Shown: positions 51,941 through 63,370, numbered from the whole stretch's first letter. The stretch: 63,534 bases of DNA, filler included, from Bonamia ostreae (GCA_040357525.1; 46 parts of 46 records of this genome joined end to end with filler, not necessarily neighbours in it), one strand, 5' to 3'. Translations and numbers: made by a program. Notes: generated by a model not told the origin, from the letters alone.

Positions 51941-52453
51941 ATGGTTTGTCTAAAATATTTTTTCCGCAACCGAAAAACACCAAGAACGCTTCTAAAGTTC
52001 TGCGGTCAAATCTCGCCATTCTCGAAAAAGCCGGACAGCGCTCAAATGGCCGAGACGGCTTTTTCCGAGAAAGAACAGAGGGAAACCAACGCGAGATTCA
52101 GAGAGTACATCGAATGGGCGCGCAAAAACGACGAAATCGAAGACATTCGACCCGCCGAAGAAGTCACCGCTTTCGAAGCGGCGAAAGAACGTTATCTCGA
52201 GATCGACGTCAAAAGACGGCTCAAGTTGAGAAAGCTGTTCAAACTGAGGAGGAAGTTCAGAAAGGAAGCGCTGGAAGCACTTCCGCCGAGGCTGAGACTG
52301 GCGGCGATCCAGCCGTTTAACGACGACAAAAGAAAGTTTCGGTTCTATCCTCTGCAGATTTACCCGGCGACAGAGCGACAACTTTTGCCGAACGATTTGG
52401 AGAAGAGAAAGCGACTTTGGCATCTCGACAAGTCCTTCGACGAAGCAAATTAA
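51941..52453 (+). CDS. Putative mitochondrial ribosomal protein mL40 (MRPL40/yeast MrpL28 family)
   Basis: Basic presequence-like N-terminus. KEALEALPPRLRLAAIQP...FYPLQIYPAT resembles the mL40 C-terminal motif. Confidence 0.55.
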   Translation: MVCLKYFFRNRKTPRTLLKFCGQISPFSKKPDSAQMAETAFSEKEQRETNARFREYIEWARKNDEIEDIRPAEEVTAFEAAKERYLEIDVKRRLKLRKLFKLRRKFRKEALEALPPRLRLAAIQPFNDDKRKFRFYPLQIYPATERQLLPNDLEKRKRLWHLDKSFDEAN

Positions 52454-54028
52454 ATTTTTGATTTTTTTCTATTTGAAAATATCCGCCATTCTATATATTG
52501 TCGGATGGTCGAAAGAAATTAANNNNNNNNNNNNNNNNNNNNNNNNNNNNNNNNNNNNNNNNNNNNTTAATTAATTAANNNNNNNNNNNNNNNNNNNNNN
52601 NNNNNNNNNNNNNNNNNNNNNNCAAAATAAGCTACTAATCGTATCAGATAGGAAATAATATAGAAATTCAATGAAATAGTTTGCGGGCTTACTTATGAAT
52701 TCTTTCTTCCCAAACAAGTGATACGTTAGAACAAATTGTATCCATATATTATAAAATGAATTTCCAAATAGCCATTTCCACTGCTTACATATTTCTTTTG
52801 AAACAAAAACAAATCAGCGATACGAAAGATATTTAAGTGCTAGTCGGAATATCACACTCTATAACTGAAATATGTATTACCTGTATATACCAATTGTTTG
52901 GAAATTACAGCGCAGTTAGGAAGCAATTAATTGTTTTATTAAATTGTTCGTCTTCATATTTTACAGGAACCAACGATGATCATTTGTTACAGAATAACCG
53001 AAGAGAAGGTAGTAAAAATACATGGTATACAAGACAAGATGGATTGAAAGTTACTTATAATTAACACAGGCGTTCAGTCACATTTCGGCTTTCATTTCAA
53101 TAAATGTAAATACTAAGTATCTTACATATTACATGTTCCAAAAAACGTTTTAAATGAAATAAGCTATTTTCATGTATCCTTGATAGAAGCGGATTGCGAT
53201 CCTCTGCAACAAAATGGAGATGTTGTTCGAGAAGAAGGTATAATGATTTTTTTTGTTGATAGTAGTGATATGTAGCTATTGAATTCGATATTTCATGTTG
53301 GATATATAGAAAAAAACCAACAACATTAGAATTGGTTTCTTTCATAAAGTTGACGACACAATAATTGTGTTATAAATATATGTAAAATGACTGCAAATGG
53401 TGTTGTCTAATATAATCCTCTAAAATCGGAAGCTATGAGCGTTTGTTTCAGGCTACAACTAACGTGGAAGGTGATATTTCAGTCATATTTCGACTGTGAT
53501 TTAAATAGCACCTACATATCTCATTGAAGAAACATTCTTAATTGTTTTTAATGAAATAAAAGCATTTATTCCACATTTACAGAAACAATTTGTAATCCTT
53601 TGCTACCAAATGGAAATACAGAGAATCCAAAAGGTACTATATATAACTTCAATATATCTTTCTTTGTTAGATGCGTACTAATGTGAATATAACTTGATTT
53701 ATCTGAAATATAAAGTCCATAACAGTTAATATATTTGAAAGTGAGATAAAGGAACGGATTGATTATAATGCCATATACTCCAAAACGAGCATGTAGGTTT
53801 ATGTATTAAGGGTCATTCATTAACATTCTATTTGACATGATCTCTTTTATTTTAGCCTTTCGCAAAACGGAAATAGCAAGAGTTTTACAGATGCCCAAAA
53901 NNNNNNNNNNNNNNNNNNNNNNNNNNNNNNNNNNNNNNNNNNNNTTAATTAATTAANNNNNNNNNNNNNNNNNNNNNNNNNNNNNNNNNNNNNNNNNNNN
54001 CAAAATTTGATAAAAATTCAATTAAAAA

Positions 54029-54102
54029 AGCCCCGTACGGGATTCGAACCCGTGACCAGCAGATTAAAAGTCTGTCGCTCTAACCGGCTGAGCTAACGGG
54101 GC
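54029..54102 (-). tRNA. tRNA-Lys(UUU)
   Basis: GCCCCGT-TA-GCTC AGCCGGTTA GAGC-G-ACAGA CTTTTAA TCTGC-TGGTC-ACGGG TTCGAAT CCCGT-ACGGGGC. No encoded CCA; a T6 Pol III terminator follows. Confidence 0.95.
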
Positions 54103-54204
54103 TTACAAATGTCAAAAATTTGCTCAAAATATATGTTAAGCACAAACCAGAAAAATCTTTCAAGTTCAAAAGATTAATTTATTTTTATAAAATTACTTTT
54201 TGAA

Positions 54205-54519
54205 ATGGATTCCGAGAATTTTGAAAAAATTGAAATATTGGAAAAAAGCTTAACTAAGACTCCCTTCAACTTCAAAGAGAAAATCACCACGCAATACATG
54301 ACAAAATATGAGAGAGCACGAGTACTTGGTACCAGAGCCCTGCAAATAAGTATGGGAGCTCCAATAATGGTTGCTGTAATGGGAGAAACAGACTTATTAG
54401 AAATCGCCGCGAAAGAGTTGCGCGAAAAAAAGATTCCGATTGTCATCCGCCGATTTCTGCCGGATGGTTCTCATGAAGACTGGGACATTGACGAACTTAT
54501 TGTGGACCATCGTCTGTAG
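54205..54519 (+). CDS. RPB6: RNA polymerases I/II/III shared subunit RPB6
   Basis: [27 protein letters not shown]...[27 protein letters not shown]. Confidence 0.97.
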   Translation: MDSENFEKIEILEKSLTKTPFNFKEKITTQYMTKYERARVLGTRALQISMGAPIMVAVMGETDLLEIAAKELREKKIPIVIRRFLPDGSHEDWDIDELIVDHRL

Positions 54520-54770
54520 AATAAATTTGATTTAACTGCAAAACATATTTATTTGTCGATACAATTTATCCAAATCGTTCCCAAAAATGTCTCAAATTTG
54601 GTTAAAAACTTATTGCAATTTTATTGTTTTGTCCAGTTTTCATCAAAAACTTTCTATAAACCGCAAAATTTACATTTCTTATAAACTTCATTTTTTCAAT
54701 GTTGTTTAATGCAACATAAGTTTCTGCTCCGTCTTCTAAAATTTTTGCAATTAAAACGAAAAGAGAATAA

Positions 54771-55160
54771 TTAAACGAAAATTAAACGAAAAGAGAATAA
54801 CAAAGAATCTTCAAGCAACAAATTTCGAGAAAGAGGAAGATCTGATTTAAAAAGATAATTGAGATCATAAAATGCTCTCAAATTTTTATAAACAACTCCT
54901 TTTAATGAACAACCTTCTTCGTTTTCGCTTTTAATATATATTTTGTACTTCCTTTCATCGATTGTGATAACATTCGAACAAATCGGGAAAATCTGAGAAA
55001 AATCGTTTTTCTGTCTTATATAAATGGTTTCACTTTTCACGAAAATTGCAACATCTGATTTCTCGATTTTTTCTTCTATTGAATTTGGAGATATCCCAAT
55101 AAATTCTGTTTCGTTGCGCAGTTTTCGCAGTAACAGCAAAATTTGAATAATTATCTTCAT
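54771..55160 (-). CDS. Unidentified protist protein, probably continuing through introns
   Basis: ATG-initiated 129-aa ORF convergent on RPB6; no motif recognised. Confidence 0.4.
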   Translation of the reverse strand: MKIIIQILLLLRKLRNETEFIGISPNSIEEKIEKSDVAIFVKSETIYIRQKNDFSQIFPICSNVITIDERKYKIYIKSENEEGCSLKGVVYKNLRAFYDLNYLFKSDLPLSRNLLLEDSLLFSFRLIFV

Positions 55161-55439
55161 TTTTTATATTTTAATAACTGTTCTTTTTGTGTTAATATGA
55201 AATATATCAATTCTTATTTAAAAAATTGTTGTTTCGGCACATTTACTCAAAATTTGTTGTTCAAATGAATCGATTTANNNNNNNNNNNNNNNNNNNNNNN
55301 NNNNNNNNNNNNNNNNNNNNNTTAATTAATTAANNNNNNNNNNNNNNNNNNNNNNNNNNNNNNNNNNNNNNNNNNNNGGTCGTAAGTTCTAGCCCCGCTT
55401 ATACCACTGTTGTAAATCTGGACAAGTTTCTCTAGGTTG

Positions 55440-56000
55440 GAAATGAAAGCCCCTGATTCTTTTCGTGGTTTTCACGAGTCCAGTTTAGATTTTCCCATTT
55501 TATCCAGCTTTGAATTGTTTTCAGTCAGTACGGCGTCCAATGTTGCTTGGTCAGCACTCTTCATGGATAACCTCTTCTCAGCTATTTCTCTCTTGACGGT
55601 TTCTTTCCTTTGTCTTTGTGACGTCGATTTTTCTACAGACTGAGGGGGGATGGACTCTTGGATATTGACCAATTCTTTCTGGCATTGTTGTAAACTTTCA
55701 TTGTATACGATTTCTAGATCACTTACTTCACGACCTTTGTAATCCGTTGCAAATCATTTTTCACAAGCAGGGGCTTGACAATGACTACAAAAAAGAACTA
55801 GGACTTTTTTGGTGTGGATTGAACATTCTCCTGTAGGCAATACTTGCATTCTCTCTTCATGAAGAACTACTTCATGTATTTTTTGTGTTTCTTCCTCCTT
55901 GAGATGGATGTTTCTGCGTTGTTCATACATTTGCTGGTGACAGGTAGAATAGAACTTGAAGCAGTTGGTAAATATGGCACAGCTGACGTAGTGTTGCCCT
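55440..56000 (-). pseudogene. Host TRIM-like (B-box plus coiled coil) pseudogene
   Basis: CSIH...LFCSHCQAPACEK*FATDYKGREVSDLEIVY. The B-box Cys is replaced by a stop and HKGH is eroded to YKGR. Confidence 0.7.
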
Positions 56001-58291
56001 CTATCTTCCTCACTTTGACTCATAATGGCAGATATAGTATTACCTAATCTCGAAAATACAGGTTTTAAGCTTGATAGTCTGTCAATGGTGATTTTCAATT
56101 TGGATAGAATGAAAAAAAAATCCTACATTCAAAGACAATAAGGTGAACAAATGGATTTCAAAGATATAATGAAACTTTTGTAAGTTCTTTTGTGCCTGTA
56201 TGTACTCACCAGATCATGTAAAATCAAGTTAAATCCATCTGTATGATAATATAGATGATGTCACGAATTTTAATTGCAAAACATGTATTCTTTAACTTTG
56301 TCATTGGTTCGCCATTTGTATTCCATCTTTTTTCACTTATCAGTTGACATTCCTCTCTCATTGACAATAGCAGATTCCTAAACTTCAGAGGGTTGTGTAG
56401 TGGAAACTTGACATAATAAACAATCTCAAAAAGAAACAGTCAATGCTGGCTATCATGAATAACAACCGACTTCATCGTTTTATGATTAGCAATGCGCAAG
56501 TATAAAATGCTTTACAAATATCAATTTACAAATGTTAATAATCGTTGAAATATGTTTACCTGGCTTTTATGCCCAAAATAATAATTGTTCAAATCCAATA
56601 TTTACTGCCCTAGTTCACTGGATGGTAATTTACACTCCTCCATTGGCCTGTTATNNNNNNNNNNNNNNNNNNNNNNNNNNNNNNNNNNNNNNNNNNNNTT
56701 AATTAATTAANNNNNNNNNNNNNNNNNNNNNNNNNNNNNNNNNNNNNNNNNNNNATCCTCTTTCATAAATTCTATACCGATTATAGTTTGCCAGTTTGTT
56801 AAAAACATGTTTGCAAAATAACACATGAAATTATCATGAAGTAATACATTTTAGATATGCATTTTATCATGTAAATATGATTAAGTTATGTAGTATGTGA
56901 AACACTATGCACTGGTAGGAAGAATGGTATGTAATAAAACAGAAATTTTCATTATCAAAGGGATGTTATACATATATTGTATCTTTAATTAATTTGAAAT
57001 TTCCAAAGTGTGTTTTGATGAAGCAGTACATTTAAGAATTAATGTATTGTCACAGTAAATTATCCTACATAGTTTTTCTCCTAAAATAGCTCAACAAGAA
57101 TTAAAATCTTACCAATTTATGAAATATGAAAATCGTGATAATTGTTTTACTTACTGTTTGCAAATAAAGAATAACAGACATAAAAATTCAGTTAATGTCT
57201 ACATATTATCTTACTTGAAAATACAGAGTTATCTGCCCTTTATGTGACATGACTCTCCCAACTATTTATGATGCTTGAATAATTCGAAACAAAATATACA
57301 ACGAATTGTTTTAAAGCCTTTTCATGTGCATGATTTGTACATGGATTGGCATTCATTATTACATCCTTCCGTGTAATATATGTGTAGTTTGATTTGTTTT
57401 ACTTACAATTTAAGGGAGGGGTGGTTGGTTACAAATAATTAATTTCAGAAATATAGTTCTTCCTTAAATATATGATTATATATAAATCATTTGCATAAGA
57501 TAAGAGTGTTGATTCACATGCAGGTTGACATAAGAACTTTGACGTTTGTAAAGCCTTGATATGCGCATGGTCGCAATGCAATGTACATGTATATATATAC
57601 ACTGATGATAAGGGACATAAACGCTGCAAAATGGCAAGTCAACAAGGATACAATTGTTGTATCCGCATAATGTAGTATTTATATCGTTTTACTCCATAGA
57701 CAATTACATTGTCCATCTATCGATCTACCAAAAAATAGATAAATAAATACCAGTCACTATGACAGTATGACGCGAGATTTAGAACTCGGTTTCTTGAATT
57801 CGTCACAATGCACTTTTAAAAGTGTGGTTCTCGATGAATGATCTTCAGTTTTACATGTAACACTATATACATGAAGATCTTCATGTGTATTAGTTAACAT
57901 TTCAAAACATTAACAAGACAAGAACATCAGTACAACACAGCAAAGAAAGTGTCAGGAAAAAACCTTTAATCAAGAATTTAGAAGAATCAATTTCAGAACC
58001 TATTATAAGAGCATTTTTGTGTCTAAAAATNNNNNNNNNNNNNNNNNNNNNNNNNNNNNNNNNNNNNNNNNNNNTTAATTAATTAANNNNNNNNNNNNNN
58101 NNNNNNNNNNNNNNNNNNNNNNNNNNNNNNATTTATTTTAATGCGTTGTAACCACCTGAAATACGAAGATATGTCGCCTTAGTATTTTGATTGAAGTTGT
58201 TAACTTTTGTATCTCAAAATATATAAGATTCTATAAAAGTACCGAAAAACGGTTTATAAAAAGTATACAATTAATTTAAATAACTTCTTAA

Positions 58292-58780
58292 ATGGTTCAA
58301 ATTAAAACTCGTTCATCTTCCAATAAACCAAAAATATCCTTTGTTAAAAAATTGAAACAAAAAATTATCGATTTTGCAAATTTCAAAAAAATTGTCAAAA
58401 AACGAAAAAAACTGGCAAAAATCGGCAAAAAAATTGATAAAAAACGAAAAAAAATTGATAAAAAATTAGCAAAAACTGACAAAATTATGGGAATAAATAT
58501 CGAAGGACATAAAAAAATTGTCGCCGTTTTAAAATTAGAAAATGAAAAAACAACTCTCTTCGAAGTTAATAAAATAATTTTTAAGTTGAGAAAGCTGTTA
58601 AATGAAGGTTTTGCGAAAAGTACAAATCACAACACGAAAAAGAAACTAAAAAATTATTCGTTTTTGTATCCATTTCCTTCTCTTGAAGTCTTTCCAAAAA
58701 ATACAGTTTTATTATTACTAGATTTAAATAACAGGAAAATGAAGTCTGCGCGAAAAATTGGATGCCAATCGCGACAATAA
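58292..58780 (+). CDS. Lysine-rich low-complexity ORF, unidentified; may include a repeat-filled intron
   Basis: 162-aa ORF whose central part is an imperfect AAAAAATTG-type repeat. Confidence 0.3.
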   Translation: MVQIKTRSSSNKPKISFVKKLKQKIIDFANFKKIVKKRKKLAKIGKKIDKKRKKIDKKLAKTDKIMGINIEGHKKIVAVLKLENEKTTLFEVNKIIFKLRKLLNEGFAKSTNHNTKKKLKNYSFLYPFPSLEVFPKNTVLLLLDLNNRKMKSARKIGCQSRQ

Positions 58781-59506
58781 CAATAGAAGAAAATAGAATA
58801 AAAAATCGCCCATCGACAAGAAGAATTCCTTTGTACCAAGTCTTGAAAAGTCAATCAATGCTTCTCAATAACTTAAATCTTTAACATTTTCTATTCATTT
58901 TAAAATATCGTTTTCGAAGACCGTAGTTTTGAATTTTATCCATTTGCAGGAAAAATTTTGTAATTTTTTGAATATTTTGTATTCCATAATATTCAAAATA
59001 TTTAATTAACCAATAACTTTAAGATTTTACAAAATTCTTCTTAAACGAAAAAAACATTAAAAATTTAACAATGAAATAAAATAATTAATTCGCAATTGCA
59101 TTTCTAGAGCCTTAAAATTATTCCCAAAAACAGATTTTGCTTCCAATGGCCATTTTTTAAAATCGACTCCGTTTTGTTGTATCTTTAATGAGAAATCAAA
59201 ACCAGAAAAATGATTTTTTCGTTCATTTCGTTCGTCCATTTGGTTCGGAAAAAATTTTTTGGTCTTTCTTGTTTTATCCTTTTCTTCGAAACTGTCATTA
59301 ATTTTGAAAAGTTTGCAAATCGGCTTTTGTTGTTTTCCTTCAAATTTGTGTTCACGTTTTTGTCCAATTTTTTGTTACAAATTTTTGTCCAAATGGCGGG
59401 ATTACTNNNNNNNNNNNNNNNNNNNNNNNNNNNNNNNNNNNNNNNNNNNNTTAATTAATTAANNNNNNNNNNNNNNNNNNNNNNNNNNNNNNNNNNNNNN
59501 NNNNNN

Positions 59507-60749
59507 CTTTTTGAACATCATCCGCAGTTATTCCTCGACCAGTTAATTTACCCAGTCCCTTAGTTGCAAACGTTTTAATGTGTTGAAGGTTATCTTTGCA
59601 TATCTCACATTTGTTACTGTCGGTATTGTGTACTGGCATATTTTGCATATCTACGTCAGGCGGCTGCGCATTTGAGGATCGTTGGGATCGATCTATCGGT
59701 TGTGATTGGGTAGTTGCGAGTGTTTGTCGGGTAGGTATAAATTGTTGTTCTGGAAGTATAGATTGTTGTTGGACAGGCATAGGCGATCGTTGACCATATG
59801 CAGATGGTTGTTGACCATATGTAGGTGGTGGTTGACTAAATGTAGGTGGTGGTTGAGAAGACCCATGTGGTTGTCGACCAGTTGCAGGTGATGGTTGGGT
59901 AGACGCATGTGATTGTTGCTTCGTTCGCTTGGTTGGTTGGGAGTCATTTTCGTTTTTCGTTTTTCTCACTTTAGCATCATGAAGGTTTCCTGCGTCACCA
60001 TCCAAAGATCGTTTATTATTCTCCATAGAATTGTTATCCATTACTACATCTTCCGGTGCGCCACCCGATGTAGCGATTGATGCACTGATTAAGGGAGTGT
60101 TATTCGTCTGAACTACACTTGTTGAACCGGCTGTTGCAATTGTTGTTGCGAATTTTGGAGCAAATTGGTTATGAGTAGACGATGCGCTAGCTGAGACGAC
60201 CGCTTCTAAGGTGACGGATTGGTGTGTTGAGATGTTATGATCGATTATGGGTGTGGTGGTTTTAGAGACAGTTGGTGTGTTGGTGACCAATGCGTTGGCG
60301 ACCGATGTGTTGGTGACCGATGCGTTGGTGACCGATGCGCTGGCGACCGATGCGTTGGTGACCGATGCGTTGGTGACCGATGTGTTGGTGGCCGATGTAC
60401 TAGTCGCCGAAGATAACGCGATATTTGTACTCGAAGTGGTTGTTGGAACTTCGGGTGCAGCTGTAACGAACACAGAATGTTCTGCATCCATCAACGCGGG
60501 TCGTTCGACATGGTGTGTTTGTCGGTTAACATCATCTTGTACATTATGCGTCTGATCCGCAGTGGCACTCGTAACATTTTTAGATCGTACAAGTGATCTA
60601 GACCTACTTCTTTCTCTTTCAGTGTTGCGGTCCTTCGGAGACCTAGATCTACCCCTAGATGTAGACTTAGATTCATCATCATCGGTAGACTCACTCTTAA
60701 CATTGCGCTTACGTCTAATCGACTTCTTAACAACTTTTCTACTCTTCAT
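59507..60749 (-). CDS. Intronless low-complexity protein N-terminus (RS-rich, TNASV pentapeptide repeats, Q/P-rich heptads, CxxC); possibly a retroelement gag/ORF1
   Basis: Open frame of more than 410 aa, more GC-rich than neighbouring contigs. 15-bp tandem repeats at about 60280-60400 and 21-bp repeats at about 59785-59900. Confidence 0.6.
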
Positions 60750-60882
60750 CTTGGTTTTTGGTCTATTTGACTGTTCGTGCCANNNNNNNNNNNNNNNNNN
60801 NNNNNNNNNNNNNNNNNNNNNNNNNNTTAATTAATTAANNNNNNNNNNNNNNNNNNNNNNNNNNNNNNNNNNNNNNNNNNNN

Positions 60883-62158
60883 GTAATTTGAAAACCTTTA
60901 AAACACCGTTGTTACCAATAAGAGCATTATTAATTTTAAGTTTTCCGCTCGTCTTCAAAAAATTAATTTCGTCAAAATCAGTTTCCAAAACGACATATTT
61001 TGGATATTTCAATTCCCCAATAATATCTTCGGTGAAAAACTTATCCAACCATTTCTTCAAAATCGGGAAAGAAGACAACAATATTTTGAAGGCGGTAACG
61101 GTGTAGTTAAATTTCGGTTTGTCCAAAAACGAAAATTCGATTTTTCCGAAACCTGGCAAAGCGTTAACGAATTGGCAAATTTTAATTCGCCCTTTTGCTT
61201 TTAGTTGAATCTATTTTCGATAAATTTTGTTAAAAGGATTGAACATCATTAATTGCGAAAAGTCCTTTTGATTTGTAATTAAAGACGATTTTGGGATCGC
61301 TGTTTGAAAAAACAAAAGTGAAATCAATGACGCAGGAAGGTTCACAAACATGATTTGATTTGGGAGAGTTGCCGTTTGCACATTCAAAACAACTCTTTTC
61401 TTTATTTCTAACTTTTACTCCTTTAATTTTTAATTTTTTGGACAAAATCTTTATCAAAAATTTTTTAATTTTTTTTAATCTTAAATTTTTTTAATGGCTT
61501 TTAGCACAGACATTTGAGGTCGTCTGGATTTTCATGGACGACCTCAGTCAAATCAGTACTTCGGATAAACCGACGTCTCCCGTTTTGACGTCAGTTTGGA
61601 AACGACAGCACCGAGATTCGAACCCATGCACACACGAATACGTGTTCTTAGTTCGAACCGATGAACCAAATTAAAAAAGCTAATTTTAATAAAATGCAAA
61701 AATATAAAAATGTAAAAATGCCTCCGATTATCGGGGGATTAGAGCCGAGATAAATGCTTTTAAAAGAAAGATTGTTGAGATATTTCGGTTTTGCTTCGTC
61801 CACCAATTTTGAGAAAGTTTCCGTCAATGTTCTGTCGAGAGCTTCTCTGAATCCGTGATTCCAAATTGTGTCGATTGAATGGTTCAACCAAACAACGCGT
61901 TCGTAATCTAAAATTAAATAATAAAAACCGGGAAATTTGAGCCATTTCGGACATTCGATGTTCTTGTCAAAATTGGAAGCAGTAAATTTTTCGATCCCGA
62001 AAAGCGATTCGATTTTGAACGATTGATCTCTTTCAACGTTTTGATCGAAATGTCTGCTATATAGCAAAAGTCCGCAAAGAAAAATGGTTACCAAAAGGCC
62101 AAAATGGTTTATAGGCAAAAAAACAGCAAGAACTACAATTAAATAAATCAAATTAGCG
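60883..62158 (-). CDS. SMP-domain ER-membrane tether (extended synaptotagmin/tricalbin/plant SYT-like); introns 61908-61928, 61421-61721 (GC-AG), 61211-61244
   Basis: TM hairpin, then PKWLKFP|DYERVVWLN...IW...LGSNPPIIG|GVKV...PGFGKIEFSFLDKPKFNY...LKYPK...GVLKV (start of C2). Confidence 0.85.
61495..61680 (-). mobile_element. tRNA(Leu/Ser)-derived SINE-like or structured ncRNA element inside an intron
   Basis: B-box GGTTCGAATC (61615-61624), variable-arm hairpin ACACG-TATT-CGTGT, acceptor-like TGCTGTCG, two strong hairpins (61567-61597 and 61515-61546), and an A-rich tail. Confidence 0.6.
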
Positions 62159-62875
62159 NNNNNNNNNNNNNNNNNNNNNNNNNNNNNNNNNNNNNNNNNN
62201 NNTTAATTAATTAANNNNNNNNNNNNNNNNNNNNNNNNNNNNNNNNNNNNNNNNNNNNATATAACTTGCAATTAACATGGGATTCGCAACAAATACACGG
62301 ACGGATTACCTGATGTACAAAAGTACGATTTACCTCTCTGGGATAGCATGCTACCCTCAATATGTACTCTGTACATCATTACATTTCGGTTTTGTTCAAA
62401 TGAGTGAATTCGAACGATATAGTATAAATTTCTTAGATTTTTTCTCTTACCTACATAAAAAGATGTTTTTATTCGAATAAATTATTATCTAAAAAGATCG
62501 GAAGTTTTAGATAAGTTTCAGCGTTGCGGAAACAATTAGGATTTATATCCTACAGTTTTCGCAGACTAAACCTCGACGGTGATTTAGGTACTGAGGAAAC
62601 CACACAGTAAACACTAACGTCATGCTTTCGCAGTTTCCATATGATTTCAGTTCTGCGAAAACTAGTGTGTTCATCCATTGCGAATTATTACATTCATCAT
62701 TATCCTAGGCTCTGACACAACTTTACCATTTCATATTGGTATTTACTACAGCTACATCTATGAAAAAGTGAAGGTAACAGGCAATATATGTACGTGATAT
62801 ATTAATATATGTTGTGTTCGTTTGATTTAATGAGTTTATACAAATTAAATGTATTTGTTACTTGTATGAACACAG

Positions 62876-63370
62876 CACCCGCCATGGACTGTTGGGAATT
62901 GTATCAGACGGGAATACGAACATCTGGTGTGTACACAATATATCCATGGAATGACAATCGCTGTAAAGAAGTCCTCTGTAATATGGACCTTTATCCAGGA
63001 GGGTGGACGGTATTTGTTTTCTTCTTCTGTGATTGGAGCTTTCAACTTTTCACATTTTCGGTGAGAGTGAGAGAGAGTTTGATTTTGAACAAATTGCTAT
63101 TACAGGTTATACAAACAAGACTTCGGAAGAATGGGGTTGACTTCAATAGAACATGGGAAGAATACAAAAACGGATTCGGAAGTGTCCATACCGATTATTG
63201 GATAGGAAACGACGTAATTCACCAGCTTACAACAGCACACCACAATATGCTGTATATGAGGATACAAGACATCAAAGGGGCTCACTACGAAGAACAATAC
63301 TCTGATTTCAAAATAGCAGACCAGTCCCATAACTATACACTTACAGTTTCAGCTGGAAACGGTACAGCAG
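62876..63370 (+). CDS. Host fibrinogen-related protein (FReD/FREP); in-frame intron 63010-63105
   Basis: DCWELY...SGVYTIYP...VLCNMD..GGWT|VIQTR...DFNRTWEEYKNGFG...YWIGNDVIHQLT...YSDFKIAD...YTLTV...GTAG|GT. Confidence 0.92.

Noticed and set aside
61603-61680. Functional tRNA-Leu or tRNA-Ser gene
   Set aside because: The 5' acceptor strand and 3' anticodon-stem strand are missing and the T-stem pairs poorly. It is kept only as a tRNA-derived head.
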